Shown here: piece after piece, positions 24,064-33,590 of the stretch
How the letters are laid out: every line of letters starts with the position of its first letter
Numbering within the stretch: the first letter of the stretch is position 1
From: a virus
Taxonomy: Duplodnaviria > Caudoviricetes
DNA: 36,262 nt
Virus record (IMG/VR): IMGVR_UViG_3300037502_001229
Span: 1-36,262 of that record
Strand: one strand, 5' to 3'
Notes under the pieces: model-generated
What the model saw: the letters and a program-made list of their open reading frames with translations, nothing else
Database searches by the model: none
Told to the model about the DNA's origin: nothing
Position numbers and translations under genes: made by a program

Positions 24064-25019
24064 TGGCTACCGCACCCGTTTCACGTAAACTAAACCTAAC
24101 CCGCGACCAGCTCGCGCAGTTCCTGACCGACCAGCAACAGATCAGACAGTTTGAAATGCTGTTTTCTGTTGCTGATGAAGCGCAATACATCCCAGACGAA
24201 CTTGCAGAAGTCAGCGCCGCAGCAGGCAACGCCCAAGCCTCAGCAAATGAAGCAAATGATGCAATTTCCCGTTTGGCTAAATCCTTAGAGTTGTTGGCCA
24301 CAGCGCCAGTCAATGAAAGCAACAACTCGGTAACCACCGATTACATCGATTTCAACACGAACGCACCAGCACCAGCGATAAAGGTTGGACGTTTGCATTG
24401 GAATGGAGGCTACACCCTCAACTTGGAAATGACTCCAAACGTCAACCAGGCTATCGGTGAATCGCAGTATTACTACATTAAGGCATCAGCAGCCATTGCT
24501 AAGGGTCAGTTGGTCATGTTTGACGGTTCTGTCGGCGCATCCGGCGTGTTGAAAGGCAAGCCAGCCACAGGCCTGACCAATGGCCAGCTCGTCATGGGCG
24601 TGGCCGCAGAAACAATTGCTCTAAATGGTTTTGGCTTGGTCTCCAGCTTTGGTTTGGTGCGTGGCTTCAACACTACCGGCGCACCTTACGGTGAGACATG
24701 GGTCGACGGTGATATCCTGTACTACAACCCATCATTTGCAGGTGGCCTGACAAAGAACCTGCCAGCAGCCCCGACACCTCATGTGGTGGTGGCAGCCGTG
24801 GTCAACGCGGCCACAGCAGGATCTGGTTCTGTTTTTGTCAGAGTCCAAGCCGAGCCACTGGTAAGTCAACTTTCCGATGTGTACGCTCCAGCTCCAGCCA
24901 CAGGAGATGTGTTGGTTTACGATGGCGTCCAACAACGATGGGAAAGCGGCCCGGTCACTCCAGACATCTTGCCGTCCTCCGTCAAATCTAACCTGGTGCT
25001 CACATGGCTTTCGATGTAA
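24063..25019 (+). CDS. Tail needle/fibre-like protein (gp26 position)
   Basis: N-terminal helical segment then beta domain; LSDV...P.TGDVLVYD...WE repeat unit. Confidence 0.6.
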   Translation: MATAPVSRKLNLTRDQLAQFLTDQQQIRQFEMLFSVADEAQYIPDELAEVSAAAGNAQASANEANDAISRLAKSLELLATAPVNESNNSVTTDYIDFNTNAPAPAIKVGRLHWNGGYTLNLEMTPNVNQAIGESQYYYIKASAAIAKGQLVMFDGSVGASGVLKGKPATGLTNGQLVMGVAAETIALNGFGLVSSFGLVRGFNTTGAPYGETWVDGDILYYNPSFAGGLTKNLPAAPTPHVVVAAVVNAATAGSGSVFVRVQAEPLVSQLSDVYAPAPATGDVLVYDGVQQRWESGPVTPDILPSSVKSNLVLTWLSM

Positions 25020-25339
25020 TCACACCCACCAAGCTGGGCCAAGCGGCCATCACGACCAGCGTCACCACGCTGTACACCGTCCCGGCCAGCACACGCGCCC
25101 TGCTCAAAGAATTCAGCATCGCCAACACCACAGGCGCGGCCATCAACGTGCGTGTGTTCTTAGTCCCATCGGCAGGCTCGGCAGGCACAGGAAACGCCTT
25201 CTTGTACGATGTTTCAGTCCCAGCCAATAACGCTTTGCAATACAACGGCATCGAGGTACTGAACGCAGGCGACACCATCCAGATCCAAGCCGCATCCGCA
25301 GGCCTCACCATCATCGCCAGCGGCGCACAAGCAACATAA
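25007..25339 (+). CDS. Small structural beta-sandwich protein
   Basis: TLYTVP...IANTT...L.AGD.I; similar to the next gene. Confidence 0.7.
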   Translation, partial: AFDVITPTKLGQAAITTSVTTLYTVPASTRALLKEFSIANTTGAAINVRVFLVPSAGSAGTGNAFLYDVSVPANNALQYNGIEVLNAGDTIQIQAASAGLTIIASGAQAT

Positions 25340-25349
25340 GGAAAATGAA

Positions 25350-25685
25350 ATGACCGTTACCGTCAAAGTACTTATTCCGGCCAAACAAGCCGAAAACACA
25401 CAAACCACGCAATACACAGCGGTGAACTGCAAAGCCATCATTGACAAGTTCACAATCACGAACACCAGCGCGTCCAATGTGACGATCAGTGTCAACTTGG
25501 TGACATCTGGAGGCAGCCCAGGCGCATCGAACTTGATCATGGACACCCGTGCCATTGCACCCGATGAGACTTATACAAGCCCCGAGTTGGTCGGCCAAGC
25601 TCTTGAACCTGGTGGCTTCATCAGCACCATCGCCAGCGCAGCCACATCGCTGACAATCCGAGCATCAGGCCGCGAAATCACTTAA
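25350..25685 (+). CDS. Small structural beta-sandwich protein (paralog-like)
   Basis: TTQYT...ITNTS...LEPG..I...LTIRASG. Confidence 0.7.
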   Translation: MTVTVKVLIPAKQAENTQTTQYTAVNCKAIIDKFTITNTSASNVTISVNLVTSGGSPGASNLIMDTRAIAPDETYTSPELVGQALEPGGFISTIASAATSLTIRASGREIT

Positions 25686-25696
25686 AGGAGAACAGC

Positions 25697-26095
25697 ATGG
25701 ACAAATTCATGATGATGCCCAAGGGCTTTATGGGCCTTCCGGTTGAAGAAGAATTCATCACCGTAGCCGAAAACAAGAAAAACACCCAAGTCGTGATCAA
25801 TGATTGGATGTTAGGCCCAGAAAAACCAAGCAACGAACCCACAGCCAACAAGGTGTATTGGGTTGCGCTTGGCAAGGCTATGCAGGTGGACGAGAAAGAA
25901 GCCCGCCGCCGCCGTTGCTCGAACTGCGAGTATTACGACAACAGCACCATGACCCAGGCCAAAATGGAGCGCATCCCGCGCAACGATTGGGATACCGATG
26001 CCGGTTTCCGTGGTTACTGCAACAAATTCGACTTCATCTGCCACGATCTTCGTTCTTGCCAGGCTTGGGAAGAACGCGAGTTTGAAGAAGATTGA
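25697..26095 (+). CDS. Cys-motif protein (CxxC...C...C..W, HiPIP-like spacing)
   Basis: RCSNCEYY...GYCNKFDFICHDLRSCQAW; RBS AAGGAG. Confidence 0.7.
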   Translation: MDKFMMMPKGFMGLPVEEEFITVAENKKNTQVVINDWMLGPEKPSNEPTANKVYWVALGKAMQVDEKEARRRRCSNCEYYDNSTMTQAKMERIPRNDWDTDAGFRGYCNKFDFICHDLRSCQAWEEREFEED

Positions 26096-26120
26096 ACAGA
26101 TCATGCAAATATGGGACAAT
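26092..26120 (+). promoter_or_regulatory. Internal late promoter before ejection module
   Basis: TTGAAC-17 nt-GACAAT with TG extension. Confidence 0.55.
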
Positions 26121-26174
26121 CTGGCCGCTGAGTCACCAAAGCCGCCAGCAGCTTGCCCTAAACAGGAGTTGCAA

Positions 26175-26627
26175 ATGTTGGTCGTCACTGAAGGAATCAC
26201 AAAAGGCCATCTTCTTGAGGTCTATTCTGATCCGTACATCACTAAAGTCGGACACGACCACCGACCAGCCGCGCACATTGACCACCCTCTCGTTACCTAC
26301 TTGTCCGCATGGACTGGCAACACATTTGCTGGCGCATTCATGGCGGTACGATTTACCCCCATCGAAATCGAGTTGCACGCACTTTTGAAGCGGTCGGCCA
26401 TCAAGCATTCACGCGCCCTCGGCAATGCCTGTTTGCAGTGGGCATTTGCCCAACCCATTCAGCGCGTCACCGCCTACATCATTGAAGGCTTGGAGGCGGC
26501 CAAAAACTATTGTCTAAAACTCGGTTTTAAAGAAGAAGGCCGCAGACGCGCAGCGTGTATGCAGGGCGGTATTGTCAAAGACGTTTACGTGCTGGGCATG
26601 ACCCGGCTGGATTGGAGTTCAAAATGA
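26175..26627 (+). CDS. GNAT-fold protein (P22 gp14/DUF2824-like position)
   Basis: RBS AGGAG; A.NYC.KLGFKEEGRRR GNAT motif; precedes the ejection genes. Confidence 0.75.
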   Translation: MLVVTEGITKGHLLEVYSDPYITKVGHDHRPAAHIDHPLVTYLSAWTGNTFAGAFMAVRFTPIEIELHALLKRSAIKHSRALGNACLQWAFAQPIQRVTAYIIEGLEAAKNYCLKLGFKEEGRRRAACMQGGIVKDVYVLGMTRLDWSSK

Positions 26628-27433
26628 GTTTTGTAGGTAATTTGATTGGCGATGTCGTTGGCGGCATTACAGGTGCAAAACAAGCTGGCAAAGCCGCAGA
26701 AGCAGCAGGAAGAACGCAGGCAGGATTTGCACAACAAGGCATTGACGAACAGCGCCGACAATTTGACGCACTGGTCGAATTAATGGCCCCATACGTCAAA
26801 GCCGGTACAGGTGCAATGGGCCAGCAACAGGCTTTAATTGGGTTGCAAGGTGCTGACGCGCAACAGCAAGCTATTCAAAATTTTGAGCAATCCCCATTGT
26901 TTCAATCCATCACTCAACAAGGCGAAAACGCCATCCTCCAAAACGCATCTGCCACAGGTGGATTGCGTGGCGGCAACGTGCAAGCGGCTTTGTCTCAATT
27001 CCGACCACAAGTTTTAAACTCTTTGATTGAGCAACAATATGGACGACTTGGTGGACTATCGACAATGGGCCAGGCGGCGGCGGCTGGACAAGCCTCACAA
27101 GGAATGCAATCGGCCAGCAACATTGGCAACCTTTTAGGCAATCAAGGCGCAGCACTAGCAGGCGGTCAAATGGCTCGTGGCGGTGTTGCACGCCAGTCTT
27201 TTGGAGATCTACTAAACATTGGAAAAACAGTCGCACAATTTAGCGACCGCCGACTCAAGAAAAACATCAAACAAATTGGCACACGCCCAGATGGTTTGAA
27301 CGTCTATGAGTTTGACTACATTTGGGGTGGCAAACGTCAAGTTGGTTTGATGGCTCAAGAAGTCCAAACAATCTACCCGAACGCTGTTTCAGAATCTGGC
27401 GGCTATCTCATGGTTGATTACAGCAAGGTCTAA
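26624..27433 (+). CDS. DNA ejection protein (gp7-like) with C-terminal S74 chaperone-like domain
   Basis: Gly/Ala/Gln-rich, L.NASATGGLRGGN; SDRRLKKNI...GLMAQEV...VDYSKV. Confidence 0.8.
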   Translation: MSFVGNLIGDVVGGITGAKQAGKAAEAAGRTQAGFAQQGIDEQRRQFDALVELMAPYVKAGTGAMGQQQALIGLQGADAQQQAIQNFEQSPLFQSITQQGENAILQNASATGGLRGGNVQAALSQFRPQVLNSLIEQQYGRLGGLSTMGQAAAAGQASQGMQSASNIGNLLGNQGAALAGGQMARGGVARQSFGDLLNIGKTVAQFSDRRLKKNIKQIGTRPDGLNVYEFDYIWGGKRQVGLMAQEVQTIYPNAVSESGGYLMVDYSKV

Positions 27434-27437
27434 AAAC

Positions 27438-28784
27438 ATGGCAATCAATCCATTACAAGCACCAGTCAACTACATGGCGATGACTCCCCAAGTTGACTTG
27501 GGCAGATCATTTTCTGAGCTTGGCCAAGTTTTAGCGCAACGCCAACAGCAGCAACAAGCGCAAGAGGTTAAACAGCAATTTGCCAATGACCTGCAAGCGG
27601 CACAGGCAGATGGATCGCAAAAGGCATGGCTTGGCATGATCGCCAAGTACCCGCAATTCCGTGAAGCCTTTGGCGATGTCCGCAAAGGCGTTGGAGAAGA
27701 ACGTCTAAAAAACGAGTTCACACAAGGTTTTGAGATCTCCAACGCAATGGAGGCGAAAGATTTCCCCGCTGCCATTAACCGCACAAAACTTTTGATCGAA
27801 GCCAAGAAAAATTCAGGCGAACCCACCAAAATTTATGAAGATGTTTTGGGCGCACTCGAAAGAGGCGACTTTGCCGCTGCTCAGTCTGGCGCAAATTTAT
27901 CACTTGCAGTCCTTGACCCAGACCGATATGAGAAATCGGTGAAGGCAAGGACAACAGCAACCAAAGCGCCTGAGGAACTACGAACAGCCGTAGCAGCCGC
28001 TGACAAAGCCGTGGCCGATGCCACCACCGCACAGGCTACAGCTAAAAACGCACCAGAGAAAGCAGCAGCGGACGCGGCTTTGTCTACAGCAAATGCCCAA
28101 AAAGCCGCCGTTGCAGCCAAGTTTGCAGAATCCAATGCAGTCATTGACCTTCAAAAGAAGGGTTGGGACATCACCAAGATTCAAAACGATATTGACATTG
28201 CCAAGCAAAACAGCCGAATTGCCGCTATAAATGCAGCCACGGCCAAAGAAGGAAACAGCCTAAAGCGCCAAGAAAACGAATTGAAACTGCGTGAAATGAT
28301 CGACAAGCGTGATGCCACCGTGCGAGAAAAAGTCGCAGAGGTTGAAAGCGCACGTTCCGACATGGACAATTTTTTAAACACCGCCGACAGGATTCTCAAG
28401 ACGCCCAAAAACATTGTTGGTTCCGCTGCTGGCCCAATTTCGGCTAGGATGCCCACACTCAGCCAAGACACCGCCGACTTCGAAGCCTTGGTGGAAACTT
28501 TAGGCTCGCAGGCTTTTATGTCGCAAATCCCAAAGATGAAAGGCGCTGGCGCTCTTTCTGAGAAGGAAGGCGACAAACTGCAATCATCGTTGCAAAACCT
28601 TAGTTTGAAACAATCACCAGAGCGTTTGATTGAAAACGTCAAAGAAGCCCAACGTCTTATTCTCAAAGGCCGTGCAACATTGGCAAAAAGATCAGGTTTG
28701 CCAGAGTCCATTCCAGACACGCCGTCAGTTCAAACAAGCCCCGGAGATATTGACGCTTTGCTTAAAAAATACGGGGGCAAATAA
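27438..28784 (+). CDS. DNA ejection protein (gp20-like)
   Basis: Ala-rich helical, MKG.GALSEKEG.KL; synteny. Confidence 0.75.
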   Translation: MAINPLQAPVNYMAMTPQVDLGRSFSELGQVLAQRQQQQQAQEVKQQFANDLQAAQADGSQKAWLGMIAKYPQFREAFGDVRKGVGEERLKNEFTQGFEISNAMEAKDFPAAINRTKLLIEAKKNSGEPTKIYEDVLGALERGDFAAAQSGANLSLAVLDPDRYEKSVKARTTATKAPEELRTAVAAADKAVADATTAQATAKNAPEKAAADAALSTANAQKAAVAAKFAESNAVIDLQKKGWDITKIQNDIDIAKQNSRIAAINAATAKEGNSLKRQENELKLREMIDKRDATVREKVAEVESARSDMDNFLNTADRILKTPKNIVGSAAGPISARMPTLSQDTADFEALVETLGSQAFMSQIPKMKGAGALSEKEGDKLQSSLQNLSLKQSPERLIENVKEAQRLILKGRATLAKRSGLPESIPDTPSVQTSPGDIDALLKKYGGK

Positions 28785-30740
28785 ATGGCCACCCTTCAGC
28801 AACTCGAAACAGCTTTACGCAATGCTGACAAAGCTGGCGACATGGATGCAGCACGCCGTTTGGCCCAAGCCGTTGTGCAAGCCCGTGGCGAAGCTGCCAA
28901 CCAAATTCCCGGAGCAATCGTTCCATTCACTGAACCGCAAGCGCCTGAACCCACTTTAGGCCAGCAACTCATTGGCGCAGGCGAGACAGCCTTGACCCTT
29001 GGCACTGGTGCAGTCGGCGGCACGCTTGGCACTTTGGCAGGCACACTTCAAGGCTTGTCTCAGCAGATCCTCTCCGGTCAGTTTGGCACACCACAAGCCA
29101 TGCGTGCAGTCGAACAAGCCGCAGCAAAAGGCGCACAGGCGCTCACCTACCAGCCACGCACCCAAGCTGGCCAAGAGCAGGTGCAAGCCGTGGGTCAAGT
29201 ACTGTCCAACGTCCTCCCACCAGTCTTGCCTGCAATCGCAGCCCCAGGCGCCGTGATGCAAGCCGCACGCACCGCAGCCCCAACCGTAGGCGCAGCCCGT
29301 CAGATCGGAACAGCAGCAGGACAGCGTGCAGCTACAGCAACAGGCCAAGCCATCGCAAGGCCAGTGCAAGCGGCCACCACAGCCGTGCGCGAGACCTTGG
29401 GCATGGAGACCCCAGCAGCAGCACCAGCAGCCGGTGCGCGTGTCTCAGGCGGTGCAGCTGCCACACCTTTAGAGCTACAACGTGCCCAAGAAGCTGAAAT
29501 GGCTGGTTTGCGCCTTACTGAAGGCGAAATGAAGCGCGATCCAACTTTGCTAGATTTTGAAAAAGAAAAGGCCAAAACTGCGGAGTTTCAAGCTCCATTT
29601 GTACAAAGACAACAAGAAAACAACCGCGCCGCTTTGGGAAAATTAAATCAAGTACTTGATGATACTGGTGCAGAGTCCGGAGATTACGCCAACACTGGCA
29701 TCAAAGTAGTAGACACACTCATGGCAGGATGGGATTTGGAAAAGAAAAAAACCAATGCCCTTTACAACAAGTTCCGCGAGTCGCCAGAATCGCAAATAGC
29801 CGTTGACACCACGCCCGTGCTTGAATTTCTCAATAGCCAAGCCAAAGGCGTTGCGGGTGTAACTGGCGTTCCCGACACTGCACGTCAAAACGCTGTCAAT
29901 CTTGGCATTGCTCAAATAGATGATGGTGGAAAGCTCATTGCAAATCCAAACGTCACATTGGGCCAGCTTGAAGATTTCCGCCAATCCGTTTCAGCCATCA
30001 GCGCGGCGAATCCAAATGACAAACGATTGGCAAGTATTTTGAAGCGTCAAATTGATGACATTGGCGACCCCATCGGCGGGGAGATGACCAAATCAATGCG
30101 TGCCCAACGTCAACGCCAAGCTCAAAAGTATGAAAACAGGGCTATTGTTTCGCGTCTGTTGCTTGAGAAGAAAGGCATGTCAGACGCACAAACGCCTATT
30201 GAGGATGTTTTCCGCAAAACTATATTGTCAGCCAGACCAAGTGAAATTCAACACCTTAAGCGTGTTCTTTCAACTATTCCAGACCAAGAAGGACAGCAAG
30301 CATGGAAAGAGCTACAAGGGGCCACAGTTCGCCATTTGCTTGAAAAGTCAGAGGCCGGCATTGGCTCCGACAATTTACCAGTTATCAGCGGGGCAAAACT
30401 TGATAATGCTTTACGTCAGTTTGATCAAAACGGAAAACTAGATCAAGTCATGGGCGTGTCAGCAGCGGAACAAATCAGGAACCTCAATCAAGTCCTGAAA
30501 TACATTCAATCCACTCCCCCACTCACCAATATAAATAATTCAGGATCAGCTCGCACAATCGCTGCCCTTATTGCTGAATCCGCTATTCAAGGTGCAGCCT
30601 TTGGCGTTCCTTTGCCAGTTGTGCAAGGCATGAAAATGCTGCGCGATAACGTAGCAGATCGCCGCATAAAGGCCAGAATTACCAAAGCCTTAAACTATAA
30701 GCCAAACACATCGACGGCATTGCCACCAGTCCAGCCTTGA
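28785..30740 (+). CDS. DNA ejection protein (gp16-like)
   Basis: 651 aa, Ala/Gln-rich, N.SG.A; third gene of the module. Confidence 0.7.
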   Translation: MATLQQLETALRNADKAGDMDAARRLAQAVVQARGEAANQIPGAIVPFTEPQAPEPTLGQQLIGAGETALTLGTGAVGGTLGTLAGTLQGLSQQILSGQFGTPQAMRAVEQAAAKGAQALTYQPRTQAGQEQVQAVGQVLSNVLPPVLPAIAAPGAVMQAARTAAPTVGAARQIGTAAGQRAATATGQAIARPVQAATTAVRETLGMETPAAAPAAGARVSGGAAATPLELQRAQEAEMAGLRLTEGEMKRDPTLLDFEKEKAKTAEFQAPFVQRQQENNRAALGKLNQVLDDTGAESGDYANTGIKVVDTLMAGWDLEKKKTNALYNKFRESPESQIAVDTTPVLEFLNSQAKGVAGVTGVPDTARQNAVNLGIAQIDDGGKLIANPNVTLGQLEDFRQSVSAISAANPNDKRLASILKRQIDDIGDPIGGEMTKSMRAQRQRQAQKYENRAIVSRLLLEKKGMSDAQTPIEDVFRKTILSARPSEIQHLKRVLSTIPDQEGQQAWKELQGATVRHLLEKSEAGIGSDNLPVISGAKLDNALRQFDQNGKLDQVMGVSAAEQIRNLNQVLKYIQSTPPLTNINNSGSARTIAALIAESAIQGAAFGVPLPVVQGMKMLRDNVADRRIKARITKALNYKPNTSTALPPVQP

Positions 30741-30748
30741 GCGACAAT
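30720..30748 (+). promoter_or_regulatory. Internal late promoter before tailspike module
   Basis: TTGCCA-17 nt-GACAAT. Confidence 0.6.
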
Positions 30749-30771
30749 TCACCATCCAGGAGAAACAGTAA

Positions 30772-31260
30772 ATGTCCGCACTTTCGATACAACCGCCATA
30801 CCCAGCATTTGCTGGCAGTGACGGTTTGCCATTGGAGAATGGTTACATCTGGATTGGCACGGTCAACCTGAACCCCCAGGTCAACCCCATCGCGGTATTC
30901 TGGGATTCGGCCTTAACCATCCCAGCAGTCCAGCCCATCCGCACGCTCAACGGCTATCCTGTTTATCAGGGTACACCCGCACGTTTTTACGTGGCCAGCG
31001 ACTACAGCATCTTGGTGCAAAACTGCAAAGGAAGTTTGGTCTATTCCTCACTGAATGGAAATGCTGGCGCAGGAAGTGGAATCGTTGGTGGTAACCCTAC
31101 GGGGACAGGATCACAGACGATTTTTCCACTTTCTAGTGCGCCAAGCGCAATCTACATCAATGGCGTGTACCAGTTCAAAAACACCTACACCTATTCTGGG
31201 GGTAACGTGGTGTTTTCCGAAGCTCCACCGTTTACATCCAAAATTGAATTCTTGCTTTAA
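30772..31260 (+). CDS. Stand-alone tailspike head-binding domain plus small adaptor domain
   Basis: G.PLENGYIWIG..N..P...I.VFWD....QPIRTLNGYP...YSILVQ resembles the P22-type head-binding domain. Confidence 0.8.
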   Translation: MSALSIQPPYPAFAGSDGLPLENGYIWIGTVNLNPQVNPIAVFWDSALTIPAVQPIRTLNGYPVYQGTPARFYVASDYSILVQNCKGSLVYSSLNGNAGAGSGIVGGNPTGTGSQTIFPLSSAPSAIYINGVYQFKNTYTYSGGNVVFSEAPPFTSKIEFLL

Positions 31261-31269
31261 GGATTAAAA

Positions 31270-31773
31270 ATGCTCAAGACAGTTGGATTCCCATCAACAC
31301 GCACCGGCGATCAAACCATCGTCAACGGAAACCTTGTTATCGGCACAGCAGGCAAAGGCATCGACTTCTCTGCCGATCCATCTGCTGCTGGCATGACCAG
31401 TGAGTTGTTAGATGATTATGAAGAAGGCACTTGGACTGCCACAATGAGTGGTACTACAACAGCACCCACGACTCCGATTACCGTAACCGGCAGTTACACA
31501 AAAATTGGGAGAATTGTCACTGTTAATGCAAGATTTTCAGATGTAGACACCACAGGGGCATCGGGTAACTTAATTGTTACGGGTCTTCCTTTTACACCAA
31601 GTGAAATTTACCACGGTACGGCTGCATTTTTTAATTTTGGGACAGACCCGTCAATTGCTTACTGCACCACTGCATCGCAGGTGCTTTTTTCCAGCATAAC
31701 CGTAGGAACGAACGTAGCAATTGTAGGTGGGGCAAGTAGGTACTGCTTTTTCACGATCACCTACATTGTCTAA
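31270..31773 (+). CDS. Tail fibre/adaptor protein
   Basis: GKGIDFS...LDDYEEGTWT...G.YTKIGR.V...GLPF module typical of fibre C-termini. Confidence 0.75.
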   Translation: MLKTVGFPSTRTGDQTIVNGNLVIGTAGKGIDFSADPSAAGMTSELLDDYEEGTWTATMSGTTTAPTTPITVTGSYTKIGRIVTVNARFSDVDTTGASGNLIVTGLPFTPSEIYHGTAAFFNFGTDPSIAYCTTASQVLFSSITVGTNVAIVGGASRYCFFTITYIV

Positions 31774-31783
31774 AGGAACGAAA

Positions 31784-33202
31784 ATGTCACTTACTAAAGC
31801 AACATATTCAATGATCTCTGGGGCTACTGTCAACGTGTTTGACTTTATGACCCCAGCAATGATTGCCGATGTGCAAGCAAGAACAGGACTCGTTGACACT
31901 ACTGCTGCAATCCAAGCCGCAATCGACTCTCTCAGCTCAGGCGGCGGCGTTGTTCGTTTGCCAAAAGGTAAATACAAAACAACCGCAGAATTGCTTATTC
32001 CCATTAACGGCATAAGCCTCGTCGGCGATGGTCAGTTTGGCACAAACACCATATACGACCAAGGCTCGACCACAATCTACGGAGTTCATTCCGGAAATAG
32101 TATTGTGAACATTAAAGGATCAATTGGCACGACCTTATCGAATCTTTGCTTGCAGAGTGGTCCAACGTCCGGAGCGTACCCTAAATCTGCTTTGATTTTG
32201 GGCAGAACAAGTCCAGCATCTTCAGCGTTTCACAAATTCATCAGCCTTGCTGTTTATGGTAACTATTCCGTAGCCGCTATTTATTCAATCGCATCTGAAG
32301 TCAACTACTGGCTGGACCTGAATGTTTGGCTCTACGGTGGCGGCGCAAAATATTGCTTTTACACAAGTGAGCGAGATGACCTTAATTTAGGCCCACTGAC
32401 GCAATCGACAAACTTGGACAACGTATTTGTTAACACAACACTGACATCAAGTGTTACCGATGCAAATGCGGCGTGTGTTTACATTAATTGCGGTCAAGCA
32501 ACGGGAAGTTGGGTGTTTTTTGGTGGGTATTTGACCCCGGCTGGTGGCTCGTATGTAGAGATTGCAAGTGGTTTTATTGACGGTTTACCGGCTTTGGGGC
32601 CATTCGTATTCAACGGTTTTTCTGGTGAGCGTTTCTCAGGCAGCGACCCGTTGTATGGATTTAAGCTGACGACTGACACGACAATAGATTTGCCCGGACT
32701 TGTCATTGACGCCATTCGTTTTGACTTTTTAGGTGGCTCTAACCACTTCCAAATATACAAAGCACCAGATTTGACGCTGGTTGCGCCAAACATTGTTATT
32801 CAGCCGCCAGAAGCGTTCCCATATGCCCAGACAGGTTTATTTTTACAAAAAGTAAAAGGCGGTGTGTATAGCGCTGGCCGCGATTATTCGTGGACAAATG
32901 TGACCTTTGAAAGTGCGTGGTCCAATTCACTCGGGTCACCCTATGCGCCCGCTGGATACAACATTGATTCAAATGGTTTTGTTCGATTGCGTGGACTTGT
33001 TAAGCGAAGTGCTGCTGGATCAACAATCATGTTCTACTTGCCAGCAAACCTTTTCCCACCTTATGACTACATTTTTTCCGCAGGGGTGGGTACGGGTGTA
33101 GGTCAAATTTTGGTCAGGTCTTCAGACGGTGCTGTGTCTTTGTTAACGGGAACCGTTACGGATGGCGTAAACCTGTCGTCTGTTCAATTCAACTGCCATT
33201 GA
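31784..33202 (+). CDS. Tailspike / depolymerase (pectate-lyase-like beta-helix)
   Basis: D.TAAIQAAID...GGVV.LPKGKY...I.LVGDG; C-terminal G.V.LRG...F.LP..L.P domain. Confidence 0.85.
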   Translation: MSLTKATYSMISGATVNVFDFMTPAMIADVQARTGLVDTTAAIQAAIDSLSSGGGVVRLPKGKYKTTAELLIPINGISLVGDGQFGTNTIYDQGSTTIYGVHSGNSIVNIKGSIGTTLSNLCLQSGPTSGAYPKSALILGRTSPASSAFHKFISLAVYGNYSVAAIYSIASEVNYWLDLNVWLYGGGAKYCFYTSERDDLNLGPLTQSTNLDNVFVNTTLTSSVTDANAACVYINCGQATGSWVFFGGYLTPAGGSYVEIASGFIDGLPALGPFVFNGFSGERFSGSDPLYGFKLTTDTTIDLPGLVIDAIRFDFLGGSNHFQIYKAPDLTLVAPNIVIQPPEAFPYAQTGLFLQKVKGGVYSAGRDYSWTNVTFESAWSNSLGSPYAPAGYNIDSNGFVRLRGLVKRSAAGSTIMFYLPANLFPPYDYIFSAGVGTGVGQILVRSSDGAVSLLTGTVTDGVNLSSVQFNCH

Positions 33203-33247
33203 ACGCGCCGACTCAACCGGTATTTTTATTTTTAATTGGAGATTGAA

Positions 33248-33547
33248 ATGGCTATTAGAAAATCACTCACTGTCACGGGCGCGGGGTATGTTGCATTTGA
33301 GAATTTTTATTTTGAAACAGGTGAAGCAACTGTGACCACTCCAGCACTTTACATCAAAGTAGAATCCGTCACAGTCTCAAAAAACAAGGTTCAGGCAGTT
33401 GTGTCTTTTACCGATGAAGACAAAAAACAAAAACTGTTTGAAAAGTCTTTTGCATTTTCTCCGTTGATGGACGGTGATAATTTTATTAGACAAGCCTACA
33501 AACATTTGAAAACCTTGCCAGAATTTGCTGGCGCAACCGATTGTTAA
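33248..33547 (+). CDS. Tail-associated hypothetical protein (QAY.HLKTLPEFAGATDC)
   Basis: RBS GGAG; motif typical of genes after fibre genes. Confidence 0.75.
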   Translation: MAIRKSLTVTGAGYVAFENFYFETGEATVTTPALYIKVESVTVSKNKVQAVVSFTDEDKKQKLFEKSFAFSPLMDGDNFIRQAYKHLKTLPEFAGATDC

Positions 33548-33590
33548 ACCAAAACCCAGGTGGATTCTTGGGCAATAAACGGAGAGCATC

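Noticed and set aside
19642-29984. Numerous long antisense ORFs over structural genes
   Set aside because: They are expected shadows from codon bias on the coding strand, with no RBS or motifs.
14704-33202. Diversity-generating retroelement or invertible tail cassette
   Set aside because: No reverse transcriptase, invertase or TR/VR pair was seen.
33203-33235. Terminator after the tailspike
   Set aside because: A U-rich tract is present but the stem is too weak to call.
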